From the IMG/VR virus record IMGVR_UViG_3300045988_084795: DNA of 45,293 bases, one strand, 5' to 3'. The DNA comes from a virus. Below, piece by piece: positions 7,396-16,000 of the stretch; position 1 is the first letter of the stretch; the number at the start of each line of letters is the position of its first letter. The notes beneath the pieces are model-generated. The model made no database searches and had not been told where the DNA came from. It worked only from the letters and a program-made list of their open reading frames with translations. A program made the translations under genes and the position numbers.

Positions 7396-7652
7396 TGTTT
7401 TTCTTTTTTTGTTTTATTTTTTTCTTTTTAATTAAATATAAATATTAATTATTATAATACTATATAGGTTATATATAACTATAGTCTTTAGATACTATAT
7501 ATTTATATAAAAGAAAATAAAAATACACTAAAAACATTGTTTTGTCAATCACAAATTTAAAAAACTTTTTGCATGGTGCTGAAAACCGCATAAAACCGTG
7601 GTTTCTTGGACTTTAAAAAAAGAAAATGCATAGTTGATTGATGTTTGCCTGC

Positions 7653-7763
7653 GATTTGCCTGTCATTTGCCTGCGATTTGCCTGTGATGCAACTATGCAA
7701 AAAGTCTTGAAAACCTCATAAATACGTGGTTTATTGCCTGCGATTTGCCTGCGATTGTGGTTG
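7653..7763. repeat. 11-bp tandem repeats TTTGCCTG(C/T)(G/C)A: four copies at 7653..7696 and two at 7742..7763
   Basis: Read directly from the sequence. The first block is bracketed by a 10-bp inverted repeat, TGCATAGTTG (7636..7645) / CAACTATGCA (7699..7708). Confidence 0.85.
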
Positions 7764-7802
7764 TCACGTTGCTTGTTATACATTAACAAAAGGAGGAGTA
7801 TC

Positions 7803-8627
7803 ATGAAAAAATCATGTAAATTATTAACTGTGTTTTTACTTGCTGTCACACTGGGCGTTTTTGGAAATTTAAATACAGTAAAAGCAAAATCTAAAATTAA
7901 GATTTCTAACTCAAAAATTACACTTACTGTTAGGCAATCCAAAACATTAAAGGTAAAAGGCACAAAGAAAAAACCTAAATGGTCAAGTAGTAAAAAATCA
8001 GTTGCAACAGTTTCTAAAAAAGGAAAAGTCGTTGCTAAAAAGGCAGGAAGTGCTACTATCACAGCAAAGATTGGAAAGAAAAAATATAAATGCAAAGTAA
8101 CTGTGAAGAATAAAAAGAAAACGCAGAATACAACAAAACCAACCACAACAGTTCCTGCTAATCCTTTAGGTAGCAGAACAAATCCTTATAACCCAAGAAA
8201 CGGTGTTACGATAAATAATTATGGTTCTGTATATTATTTTAAATTAAACGAAGTACGCAAAGGAAACGATGCTATAAATTTATTGAAATCATTCGGGAAA
8301 TGGGGAGAATTTGAACAGGAAGAACTATCTAACAACCCTAACACAAACCTTGTGCTTTTCACGTTTGATGTATCTGCGATCAGTGGATATGACAAGTATT
8401 TTTTAGATGGTTCTGATATATTGAATCCATATTGTTTCTATAATTCATCAGCCACACAAAACTTAGGTGGCGTATCTGCCCTTTATATTGATTGGGAATA
8501 CGACCGTTCAGAAATTAAATTATATAACGGTGGTAGCAGTAAGATGTATGCAGCATTTTTAATTCCAAATAACGTTGCATCTTTCACTTATAGTAACAAT
8601 GGTTACTGGACAAAATATGATTTTTAA
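7803..8627 (+). CDS. Secreted protein with a bacterial Ig-like (Big_2-type) domain; moron next to int
   Basis: RBS AGGAGG. Signal peptide MKKSCKLLTVFLLAVTLGVFGNLNTVKA. The Big_2-like segment is ITLTVRQSKTLKV...WSSSKKSVATVSKKGKVVAKKAGSATITAK. Confidence 0.7.
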   Translation: MKKSCKLLTVFLLAVTLGVFGNLNTVKAKSKIKISNSKITLTVRQSKTLKVKGTKKKPKWSSSKKSVATVSKKGKVVAKKAGSATITAKIGKKKYKCKVTVKNKKKTQNTTKPTTTVPANPLGSRTNPYNPRNGVTINNYGSVYYFKLNEVRKGNDAINLLKSFGKWGEFEQEELSNNPNTNLVLFTFDVSAISGYDKYFLDGSDILNPYCFYNSSATQNLGGVSALYIDWEYDRSEIKLYNGGSSKMYAAFLIPNNVASFTYSNNGYWTKYDF

Positions 8628-8961
8628 ACAATAAAAAAAGGACCGTACCCACGTCCAAATAGGTACAGTCCAAAGCACTATCTAATATAAATACAAGGTA
8701 GTTATCATACAAGATAGTACAGCCAAACACCTATATTGTATCATGACTACATCAGTTATGCAAGAACGCAAAAAAGAGCCACCGTTAGAAGACTAAAAAG
8801 AACGGTAGCCCTTTTCCATAACATCGTAAAATTTTAATATAGAAAATTCCATATCTATTGTAACACATTCATATTATTTTGCAACGCTTTAAAAATCCAC
8901 TCTTGCATGGCTGTTATTTTTGTACCCATTTTTAACTAATTTATAACTAAGGAGTGATACA

Positions 8962-10215
8962 ATGGCAACAGCTAAATTTAAAAAAGGTAAAGACGGTTAC
9001 TATTCCACTAACGTATGGGATGGCACATACAAGGATAATGGAAAGAAGAGATATAAACACCTGCGGTCCGCTAAAAGCTCTAAGGACCTTGAAAAGAAAG
9101 TAAAGGAATTTGAACGATTAAGGGATGAACGTCGTGGAATCATTGAAACTGACATATTATTTATTGAATATGCTGTACAATGGAGACATTTATACAAAGA
9201 ATTTAGTCGTGCTAATAATACAAACAAAATGTATGAAAACATTATCAACGTACATTTTATTCCGATAGCTTATACCAAATTGCAAGACATTGAGCGAAAA
9301 CATTTCCAATTGCTATTAAACCATGCTACAGGGCATCCACGAACACAACAGCAGATTGCTATGACATTCAAGCAAATATTGCGTAGTGCTGTACGTGATC
9401 GTATTTTCTCCGCTCAAACATTCGCAGACATTTTTGACGATTTTGAGGGAATCAAATATAAAGCAGACGAACAACGTGCTTTGACACCAGACGAACAGAG
9501 AGCCGTTTTTACGGCAGATTTTAAACCAATGGATAAATTGTATGCCTACATCCTTTACGGCTGTGGATTAAGGCGTGGAGAAGCTCTAGCACTAACAGAA
9601 AGTGACTTCGACTTAGAAGCCCATACAGTATCTATCACTAAATCTCACGACATATCAGATAATATTCCTTTTGTAAAAACGGTAAAAAATATAACTAACG
9701 GAGAAAGAATACTTCCAATTCCTAACAGTGTATTTGATTATATAGCCGACTATATATCTATGCTGAGGAAAGACAAAAGAAAATATCTTTTTGTAAACCA
9801 AAACTACAAACCTATGACAAAATCTGGTTTTCGAAGAATGTTTGACAGAATATTAAAAGCTATGCAGGCAGTCAGCCCTAGTATCATCGAGGGATTGACA
9901 AGCCATGTTTTCAGACATAATTATTGTTCTTGCTTATGCTACCAGATTCCAATTATCAGTATTAAGATGGTGGCTAAGTTAGTTGGAGATTCAGAAGAAG
10001 TTGTAATGAAAGTATACAACCATATCATGATGGAAAAAGAAGATAAAGTGTCAGCTGTAAATAATGCATTAAGTTTCGTAGATTTGGAACAAAAAATGGA
10101 ACAACCAGTGGAACAAAAAATGGAACAGCTACAAGATTTATTATCATGGCTTTTTAAGAATGTTTCTGGAACAAAAATGGAACATGGAACACGTATGGAA
10201 CAAATACTTCCTTAA
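8962..10215 (+). CDS. int: Tyrosine integrase, with a roughly 60-aa C-terminal extension encoded by an iteron array
   Basis: Motifs GLRRGEALAL (catalytic Arg), HVFRHNY (H-x-x-R) and KVYNH (Tyr). RBS AAGGAG. Adjacent to the attP-like tRNA fragment. Confidence 0.9.
   Translation: MATAKFKKGKDGYYSTNVWDGTYKDNGKKRYKHLRSAKSSKDLEKKVKEFERLRDERRGIIETDILFIEYAVQWRHLYKEFSRANNTNKMYENIINVHFIPIAYTKLQDIERKHFQLLLNHATGHPRTQQQIAMTFKQILRSAVRDRIFSAQTFADIFDDFEGIKYKADEQRALTPDEQRAVFTADFKPMDKLYAYILYGCGLRRGEALALTESDFDLEAHTVSITKSHDISDNIPFVKTVKNITNGERILPIPNSVFDYIADYISMLRKDKRKYLFVNQNYKPMTKSGFRRMFDRILKAMQAVSPSIIEGLTSHVFRHNYCSCLCYQIPIISIKMVAKLVGDSEEVVMKVYNHIMMEKEDKVSAVNNALSFVDLEQKMEQPVEQKMEQLQDLLSWLFKNVSGTKMEHGTRMEQILP
10086..10202 (+). 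repeat. Eight GGAACA iterons in two blocks within the 3' end of int
   Basis: Copies at 10086, 10098, 10110 and 10122 (12-bp phasing), and at 10168, 10179, 10186 and 10197. They translate as EQKMEQPVEQKMEQ / GTKMEHGTRMEQ. Confidence 0.8.
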
Positions 10216-10295
10216 ACTTTTAAATACTTTCGGTTACTTTAAGGGTATGATTTTTAGACAGGTCATACCCTTAAAAACTGTATAAATACAAGAAA

Positions 10296-10331
10296 AGCAC
10301 GGTATTTATCCATTTGGCAACCGTGCTTTTT
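10296..10331. terminator. Bidirectional rho-independent terminator hairpin abutting the tRNA fragment
   Basis: AGCACGGT (10296..10303) pairs with ACCGTGCT (10320..10327). An A-run lies before it and a T-run after it. Confidence 0.6.
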
Positions 10332-10335
10332 AAAG

Positions 10336-10383
10336 TGAGCGTGCGGGGATTCGAACCCCGGACAACTTGATTAAAAGTCAAGG
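10336..10383 (-). other. attP core: 3' part (anticodon arm to discriminator) of a tRNA-Lys(UUU) gene
   Basis: The minus strand reads CTTGA-CTTTTAA-TCAAG / TTGTC / CGGGG-TTCGAAT-CCCCG / CACGCTC-A. There is no D-arm or 5' acceptor strand upstream. It lies between int and the lysis genes. Confidence 0.75.
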
Positions 10384-10433
10384 AATCAAATCTATGTTAA
10401 ACCGCATAAACTCTATTGTTCTCAATTTTGGTT

Positions 10434-10450
10434 GGAACGAAAATGGAACA
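10434..10450 (+). repeat. Two more GGAAC(G/A) iterons on the other side of the attP core
   Basis: The sequence reads ttGGAACGaaaatGGAACAtt. Confidence 0.6.
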
Positions 10451-10499
10451 TTCTCGCTTCAACGTTGTTTATAATATCATATCATTTTCGACATTGCAA

Positions 10500-11255
10500 C
10501 TACTTTTTTCGATTTTTTTTCAAAGCCGTGCAAGTTTTCTTTCCTGCATATGTTCCAGACGTGTTCCATCCTAACTGTTTCCAGTATTTCTTCAAGGCTT
10601 GCATTGTCTTTGTTTTCCAGATTCCGTCAACCGCTAATGGATGTTCGTTTGCATATGTACAATTTGCGTTCAGCTTCTTTTGTAACCACTTGATCGCATT
10701 CTTGGAAGAGTTCTTTTTTACAACGCTGTATGATACTTTTACGTTATCATATTTAGGTCGTCCATATCCTGCGATACGACTATTGCCTAAAGCATAAGAC
10801 TTCTTGCACACTGCACCACCGTTTGGAATAACCGCTTCTCCATTGCTTGTGTTTCCCTCGACCGTGAACACCATCTCATCTGTGACTGCATACACAATTC
10901 CAGTGTGGCAGATTCGTGTTGAGTTCTTGAAAAAAATCTGGTCTCCAACCTTTGGTGTTTTATGCCATTGGTCATTGTCTTTGAATTTTTGTGCTGATGT
11001 TGGAGTGTATGCACTAAATCCATGTAAAAGATTTTTTGCTACATCCCTGCCGTACGCCTGCACCATGCACCAGTCAACAAACATGTCGCACCAGTAAGCA
11101 TCTGGACCGTTAATGCCAAAGTATGCTCCATACTTAGTGTAGTTGTTGCTACCTGCGTTCTTTGTCTTGCTGTTCAGATTCTTATTGCTTTTCTTCTCTA
11201 AGTATCCAACTTCTCCTTTGGCTACTGTAAGAAACTTGTCTACTGTATTCGCCAT
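10500..11255 (-). CDS. Endolysin: N-terminal CHAP-type peptidase/amidase plus a C-terminal peptidoglycan-binding domain
   Basis: CHAP Cys context AYWCDMFVDWC and His context ICHTGIVY. The C-terminal part, AIKWLQKKLN...LAVDGIWKTKTMQALKKYW, is PG_binding_1-like. Directly downstream of the holin. Confidence 0.85.
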   Translation of the reverse strand: MANTVDKFLTVAKGEVGYLEKKSNKNLNSKTKNAGSNNYTKYGAYFGINGPDAYWCDMFVDWCMVQAYGRDVAKNLLHGFSAYTPTSAQKFKDNDQWHKTPKVGDQIFFKNSTRICHTGIVYAVTDEMVFTVEGNTSNGEAVIPNGGAVCKKSYALGNSRIAGYGRPKYDNVKVSYSVVKKNSSKNAIKWLQKKLNANCTYANEHPLAVDGIWKTKTMQALKKYWKQLGWNTSGTYAGKKTCTALKKNRKK

Positions 11256-11256
11256 A

Positions 11257-11526
11257 TTAGTTCTCCTTTTTGTACTCGATTACCTCTGCAATATCTGTCT
11301 TATTCTTTGCAAGCTCGCTGTCTCCGATACCGCTTGTTGTTGGGTCTACCAATACACCCACCGCTACTAAAATATTAAGGATGATACCTACAAGCTGTGT
11401 TACTGCATCCTGTGCGATTGGTGCTGTGATACCTAAGATTCCTAAAATCTGATAGATAAATGCGATTAAGGCAGAAGCTAATGCCACCAGTGTTGCTTTA
11501 TTTTTGAAACGTAATTTTAAATTCAT
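11257..11526 (-). CDS. Holin (phi-LC3 / Phage_holin_1-like)
   Basis: Two TM segments followed by VLVDPTTSGIGDSELA, typical of this holin family. Immediately upstream of the lysin. Confidence 0.8.
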   Translation of the reverse strand: MNLKLRFKNKATLVALASALIAFIYQILGILGITAPIAQDAVTQLVGIILNILVAVGVLVDPTTSGIGDSELAKNKTDIAEVIEYKKEN

Positions 11527-11610
11527 AGTTTCTCCTTTCGTTTGTTGAGGTTTTATGTTAATATGTAGTTGGAGATTTTTTAGTCTTTAATCTCCATTTG
11601 TAATTTATTT

Positions 11611-11640
11611 ACACCTTGCTTCGTGCAGGGTGTTTTTTAT
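11611..11640 (+). terminator. Plus-strand terminator-like hairpin abutting the outer inversion repeat
   Basis: ACACCTTGC (11611..11619) pairs with GCAGGGTGT (11625..11633; one G-U pair), then TTTTT. Confidence 0.4.
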
Positions 11641-11664
11641 TTTCTACGTTAAATAGTGATTTAA
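11641..11664 (+). repeat. Inversion repeat copy A (24 bp, perfect inverted copy of 12589..12612)
   Basis: TTTCTACGTTAAATAGTGATTTAA encodes (F)STLNSDL in the same frame as the tail-fibre copy. Confidence 0.9.
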
Positions 11665-11933
11665 ATGGGTTACATTTTGCAATCGTCAACATATCTGGTC
11701 GTACAGATGCTAATGGTCAAATATGGGTTAGCTCTCCTGTATCAAAATCAGAAATATCATTTATTGATATTATTGGAACCGTTAGAGATACTGGAAGCCT
11801 GCCGTTTATGATAATTTCTCTAAAAGATTTCGATGGAGACAATACGCTTGTTTTTCGCTGTATTGCAACAAACAATTCGACATTCAATTACAGGGATATG
11901 GACACAAAAGTTCTAATTGCGTACAAAAACTAA
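11664..11933 (+). other. Silent alternative tail-fibre C-terminal cassette 2 (89 aa), with no start codon or RBS of its own
   Basis: The frame is open immediately after repeat A. The only upstream in-frame 'start' is a TTG with no RBS, inside the terminator stem. Confidence 0.6.
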
Positions 11934-11937
11934 GGAT

Positions 11938-11951
11938 AATAGTGATTTAAC
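11938..11951 (+). repeat. Inversion repeat copy B (14-bp core AATAGTGATTTAAC)
   Basis: Identical to the inner 14 nt of the tail-fibre copy (minus-strand reading). Same reading frame (NSDL-T). Confidence 0.6.
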
Positions 11952-12246
11952 TTATAAAAAGATTGCATCAAATATTCCAAGTTCAACAAAATATACAATT
12001 CCAAGTGAATATAAAATGGCAATTCTTGTTGCAACGATTAATTATCCTAATGCAATAAGTCCACAATTTACGTTTATATTTCCAAATTTAACAGAAACAA
12101 AGAATATATCTGATGGTTACTGGTATGACAACACTTATCACGCAAGCTTTATGGCATGCAACAATGGAAATGTTGTTTACTTTGCTTCAAATTGGCAAGT
12201 AGTGTCTCCAACAGGTACAGTTACTTATGATGTTTATGCAAGGTAA
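11950..12246 (+). other. Silent alternative tail-fibre C-terminal cassette 3 (98 aa), with no start of its own
   Basis: The frame is open directly after repeat B. The first ATG is 22 codons in. Its stop (12244..12246) lies one nt from the stop of the convergent expressed cassette (12248..12250). Confidence 0.55.
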
Positions 12247-12247
12247 G

Positions 12248-12802
12248 TTAATTATCAAATACGATTCCACCTTGGTCTATATATACTCTAGGTGGAGCAA
12301 TTACCGTATAATATCCCCATTGTGGGAGATTACAAATTTGTATAGACGTACCGCTTGCACGGCAATACACGTTACTAGATATAATGTTTGATGTGCCGTC
12401 AATTTTAACGTTTGAACCACTTACATTTACTGTAATTAGAGAGCATATTGGACTTCCATTCCCGTTTCCATAAAGAAGCAAAGCAAACTTATCACATGTT
12501 TTTTGAACTGTAGTATAGTTTTCTATTGATATATAGAAATCATTACCAGAACCACTTGTTTTTAGCACAATGTTCCTTGATCTATTTGTTAAATCACTAT
12601 TTAACGTAGAAATATCTGAGTGTATTTTACTTATACTATCTTCTATATTTCCAATCCCTAATTTAGTTTTTATCAGAGACACGATCGTTGACCACTTAAC
12701 CTTACTGGCGGTACTCCCACCAGTAAGCATGTAATCATCATCTGATATTGTCTTTTTCTCTGTTAAATCCGATATATGTACTAAAGGTATATTGATTGCC
12801 AT
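12248..12802 (-). CDS. Tail fibre / receptor-binding protein: constant N-terminus (aa 1-71) plus the currently expressed C-terminal cassette 1 (aa 72-184)
   Basis: RBS AAGGAGTG. Positioned after the tail tip protein and before the lysis genes. The constant/variable junction coincides with the 24-bp repeat. Confidence 0.65.
   Translation of the reverse strand: MAINIPLVHISDLTEKKTISDDDYMLTGGSTASKVKWSTIVSLIKTKLGIGNIEDSISKIHSDISTLNSDLTNRSRNIVLKTSGSGNDFYISIENYTTVQKTCDKFALLLYGNGNGSPICSLITVNVSGSNVKIDGTSNIISSNVYCRASGTSIQICNLPQWGYYTVIAPPRVYIDQGGIVFDN
12589..12612 (-). repeat. Inversion repeat copy C, inside the expressed tail-fibre gene
   Basis: The reverse complement equals 11641..11664 exactly. Confidence 0.9.
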
Positions 12803-12813
12803 AACATCACTCC

Positions 12814-13011
12814 TTAATTCAACTTGTTTTCTCTGACGTAGCTTCTGATAGCATCAATGTGCTTTTTAAGTTCTTTATCTACTACCCAGAAATTTTCTTT
12901 TTTATTCTGTGACAATGGTTCTCCTGTGTTATCGTCAATCTCATTGTATGTGTATGATACTCTGTCTCCACCGTCAATATTTAATACCATAAAACTACTC
13001 AACTGTTTCAT
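12814..13011 (-). CDS. Small hypothetical tail-module protein
   Basis: Co-oriented 65-aa ORF whose start overlaps the end of the upstream gene. Confidence 0.5.
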   Translation of the reverse strand: MKQLSSFMVLNIDGGDRVSYTYNEIDDNTGEPLSQNKKENFWVVDKELKKHIDAIRSYVRENKLN

Positions 13012-16000
13012 TTAAAATTTCCTCCTGCTCTTTAATTAAATCGCTGATTTCTTCCATATATTCTTTCTCATAGTCAATCACTTCTTCTTTTTCTGAGTTA
13101 TCGAATTTTTCAAGTCGTTCAAATTCGTAATCTTTCTGAATTGCTTTGATTTCCCACGAAAACTTAAGATTTTCAGTACCTTTTACGGCAAAGTAGCTAT
13201 CGGTCTTTTCTTCTACCCATAAGTCGCCTTTGCCCTCTTTCTGCAAGAATACTTGGTACTCAACACCTATGTTTACTGTCTCTGAAAATATATCGTCAAT
13301 GTCTATGTAACATTTTCCTGTATTATCAGTACATCCAGAACCTATATCCCCAAAATATGGGGTTGCTGTTTCGTAACAATACTGCTTTCTTGTATCGTAA
13401 TTTTCTGTATCTATGATTCTGTTTTTTGTTCCTGCAACAGACAAATTACCGCCAATAGTAACTGGCTGAAAAAAACTTGATTTTTCTTTTCCAAAATGAA
13501 ATTTATATTCACTTACCGACCCAAGATAAAGTGATTCATCCGTCATATGCATTGTTATGTCTGTCTGTACTGTAATTGGTCCACTGCTGTTATTTTTTAA
13601 TACAATCTCATCTGGGGACAAAATCGCACATGCACCAGTTCCATCCTTGTTTTCAGATAAATATATACCACCGAACACGTCTGGTGTTATACACACATAT
13701 GATATTGGCTTTTCTCCCATGCCTGATATATAATGCGTTACGACTATCCCTTTCGTGTTTATGTCAACAATTTCATTGTCATTTGCATCATAAACGTGCA
13801 TTTGTCCATTACCGTACGTGTTTGCTTTTCCACCAAGATTTAATGTTCCACCTCTAGCATAAGTAAAGTTGATATACAACTTACCGTCAGACCCACGATA
13901 AATACCTTGCCATGCTCCGTCGTTGGTCAGCAGATTGAATATATCTTCGTGAGTCAGTGCATCTACGTCAATGGCTACTGGAATTGTCTCAATATCCAAC
14001 ACCTGTGAAAATCCACCTGCGGCATACATCGTACACCTTAACGCTGTAAGATTTCTTGAGATACCGATACCACTTGAACCGCTTGCTGTGATACCACTTG
14101 AACCACTCGCTAGTACAGAGTACAGTGCGTGTGTAATGTCCGTTTCATCTGAAGATGAAGTATAAACGGTCGTGTATGTATCTCCGTCAGTTGTTTCCTC
14201 AATCTTGAATCGGCACTTATAGGCTGTACGTGCTGTTGCTGTACCGTCACGGTAGTAACCAGATAATGTAATGTAGTTCGGCACAATCGTGTTGTCCGCA
14301 GACATTTTCACGATACTTGACGATGTTTCCATGAAGTACGTTCTTCCTGCACTTCCTTGCGGACCAGTTGCTCCCGTATTCCCTTTTTCTCCCTGTGGTC
14401 CTGTTGCCCCTGTCTCTCCCTTGATTCTTGCCCAAGTGTAAGAAGCTACTGTCGTTGGGTCGTTTAGGTTGTAATTCGTACAAGTACCAATGTAATCTCC
14501 TACCGTTTCGCCAGAATTGGAAGTAAAAGTTTTTCCACCATCGTTTGAGTATTTGATGTGAAGATAAGATGTTTTTCCATCAATACCGTTAGTACCTGCG
14601 ATACCCTGCGTACCTTTTTCTCCCTGTAATCCTTGGAATCTTGCCCATGTATATTTAGATGGGTCGTTTGAGTCGGCTTCTGTAAAGTCCACGTATGTTC
14701 CAATATAGGTAGATGGGGTTTCAGTCATTTGAGAAGCTGTTGTAGGTTTTGCAACAGAGCTGTACTTAATGTGGAAATATGTTGTAGCTCCACTAGCACC
14801 CTGCGGGCCTCTGATACCCTGTTCTCCCTGCGGTCCTTGGATTCCTTGTAACCCCTGTGGTCCTTGGTCTCCTTTTTCGCCTTTTTCTCCTTGCGGTCCT
14901 GTCGCACCAGTGTTACCTTTCTCTCCCTGTGGCCCTTGCGGACCAGTAGCACCAGTTTCTCCCTTTGCACCTGTTTCTCCAGGAATACCGCCTTTTAATT
15001 TCGCAATGTCAAATCTTTTCGTAACTGAATAAGTATTAAGATAATTTGCTGTAATATCCACCCATCCAACATCTGTTGTTAATGCTGTCACAGTGTAGGT
15101 ATGAGTTGAATTATTCCAAGAACCTACGACACCGCTTGACTTCTGCACGTTGTAAGTACAGTCGTTAGATATATCAGTATGACCGTATAAAACCTGTGCT
15201 GTCGTGTGGCACTCTGGAAATGATGTATATTCTCCCTTATAATCTGTCGTGATTGCTTGATAATCGTTGTCCAGATTGATAATCATTGCACGAGATTTTC
15301 TCGCTTCTTCCAGTGCCTTGTTAGCAGTCTCATCATCTGTGTATTTATTAAGTTTCTGCCAGTCAGTTTCCACATAACTTGCACCCTCTCCCCTTGCTAC
15401 AACGCAAGTAAGGATGTCTCCGTTCTGTCCTTGATTCCACATATCGCCAGTATCATAAGGTGGTGTAGGCTGTGTCAAAAATACACGACATTTACTGTCT
15501 GCTGTGGACTGTGCGAAAGATGCTGTCCTTAATGCTTTTGTAACGTCCGTGTCTTGTACTAACTGCCACTTCCATGTGTCGCCATCTTTGAAGAATCTGT
15601 AGGCATATCCTTTAGATTTCCAATAAAATAAGTCTCCCTCATGCTTCTTTTTATCATCTTCTGTTGTCCAGTCAGAAGCAGGGATATTTTTTAATGTTGG
15701 TTCGTAATCGTAGTAGAACGTCTCAATTTGTCCGTCTATCTGGTTCTGTAGGTCCGCTACACTTTTTGTAACTGTTTCTGCAAAATCTGATACTTTACCA
15801 TCTGCGTAGTTCTTAGATTCTTTCACAGCATCACTAATTGCTTCTGGTGCTGTTTTGCCACCAATCGTGACGTTGTCCCCAGAAATCTTTACAGTACCAG
15901 TCTCCATATCTGCATAGAAGATAATATTTCCAGATTTATCTTTGACTGTTAATGCACCAGTGTTGATATAATCTGCATTGATTCCCTCTGTATAAAGCAA

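Noticed and set aside
7592-7603. The 12-mer AAACCGCATAAA is shared between the moron upstream region and the attP arm (10399..10410), so it was considered as a possible Int arm site.
   Set aside because: A single 12-mer match within 45 kb of AT-rich DNA is expected by chance many times over, and there is no phasing or clustering.
7613-8146. 177-aa minus-strand ORF, Phe/Leu-rich.
   Set aside because: It is antisense to the well-supported Big_2 signal-peptide gene and runs through the 11-bp tandem repeats and the promoter region. It has low-complexity composition and no RBS.
10241-10272. A 10-bp-stem hairpin (AAGGGTATGA / TCATACCCTT) after the int stop, considered as a terminator.
   Set aside because: There is no T-run on either strand. 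It could be a protein-binding inverted repeat in the attP arm, but I have no evidence for that. The adjacent hairpin at 10296..10331 is the better terminator.
14725-15032. Track ORFs on both strands inside the collagen-repeat region, and many plus-strand ORFs inside the TMP and tail tip genes (e.g. 18804..19388, 19569..20447).
   Set aside because: These are shadow frames of repetitive G-X-Y or long coding sequence. They have no RBSs and overlap entirely with high-confidence structural genes.
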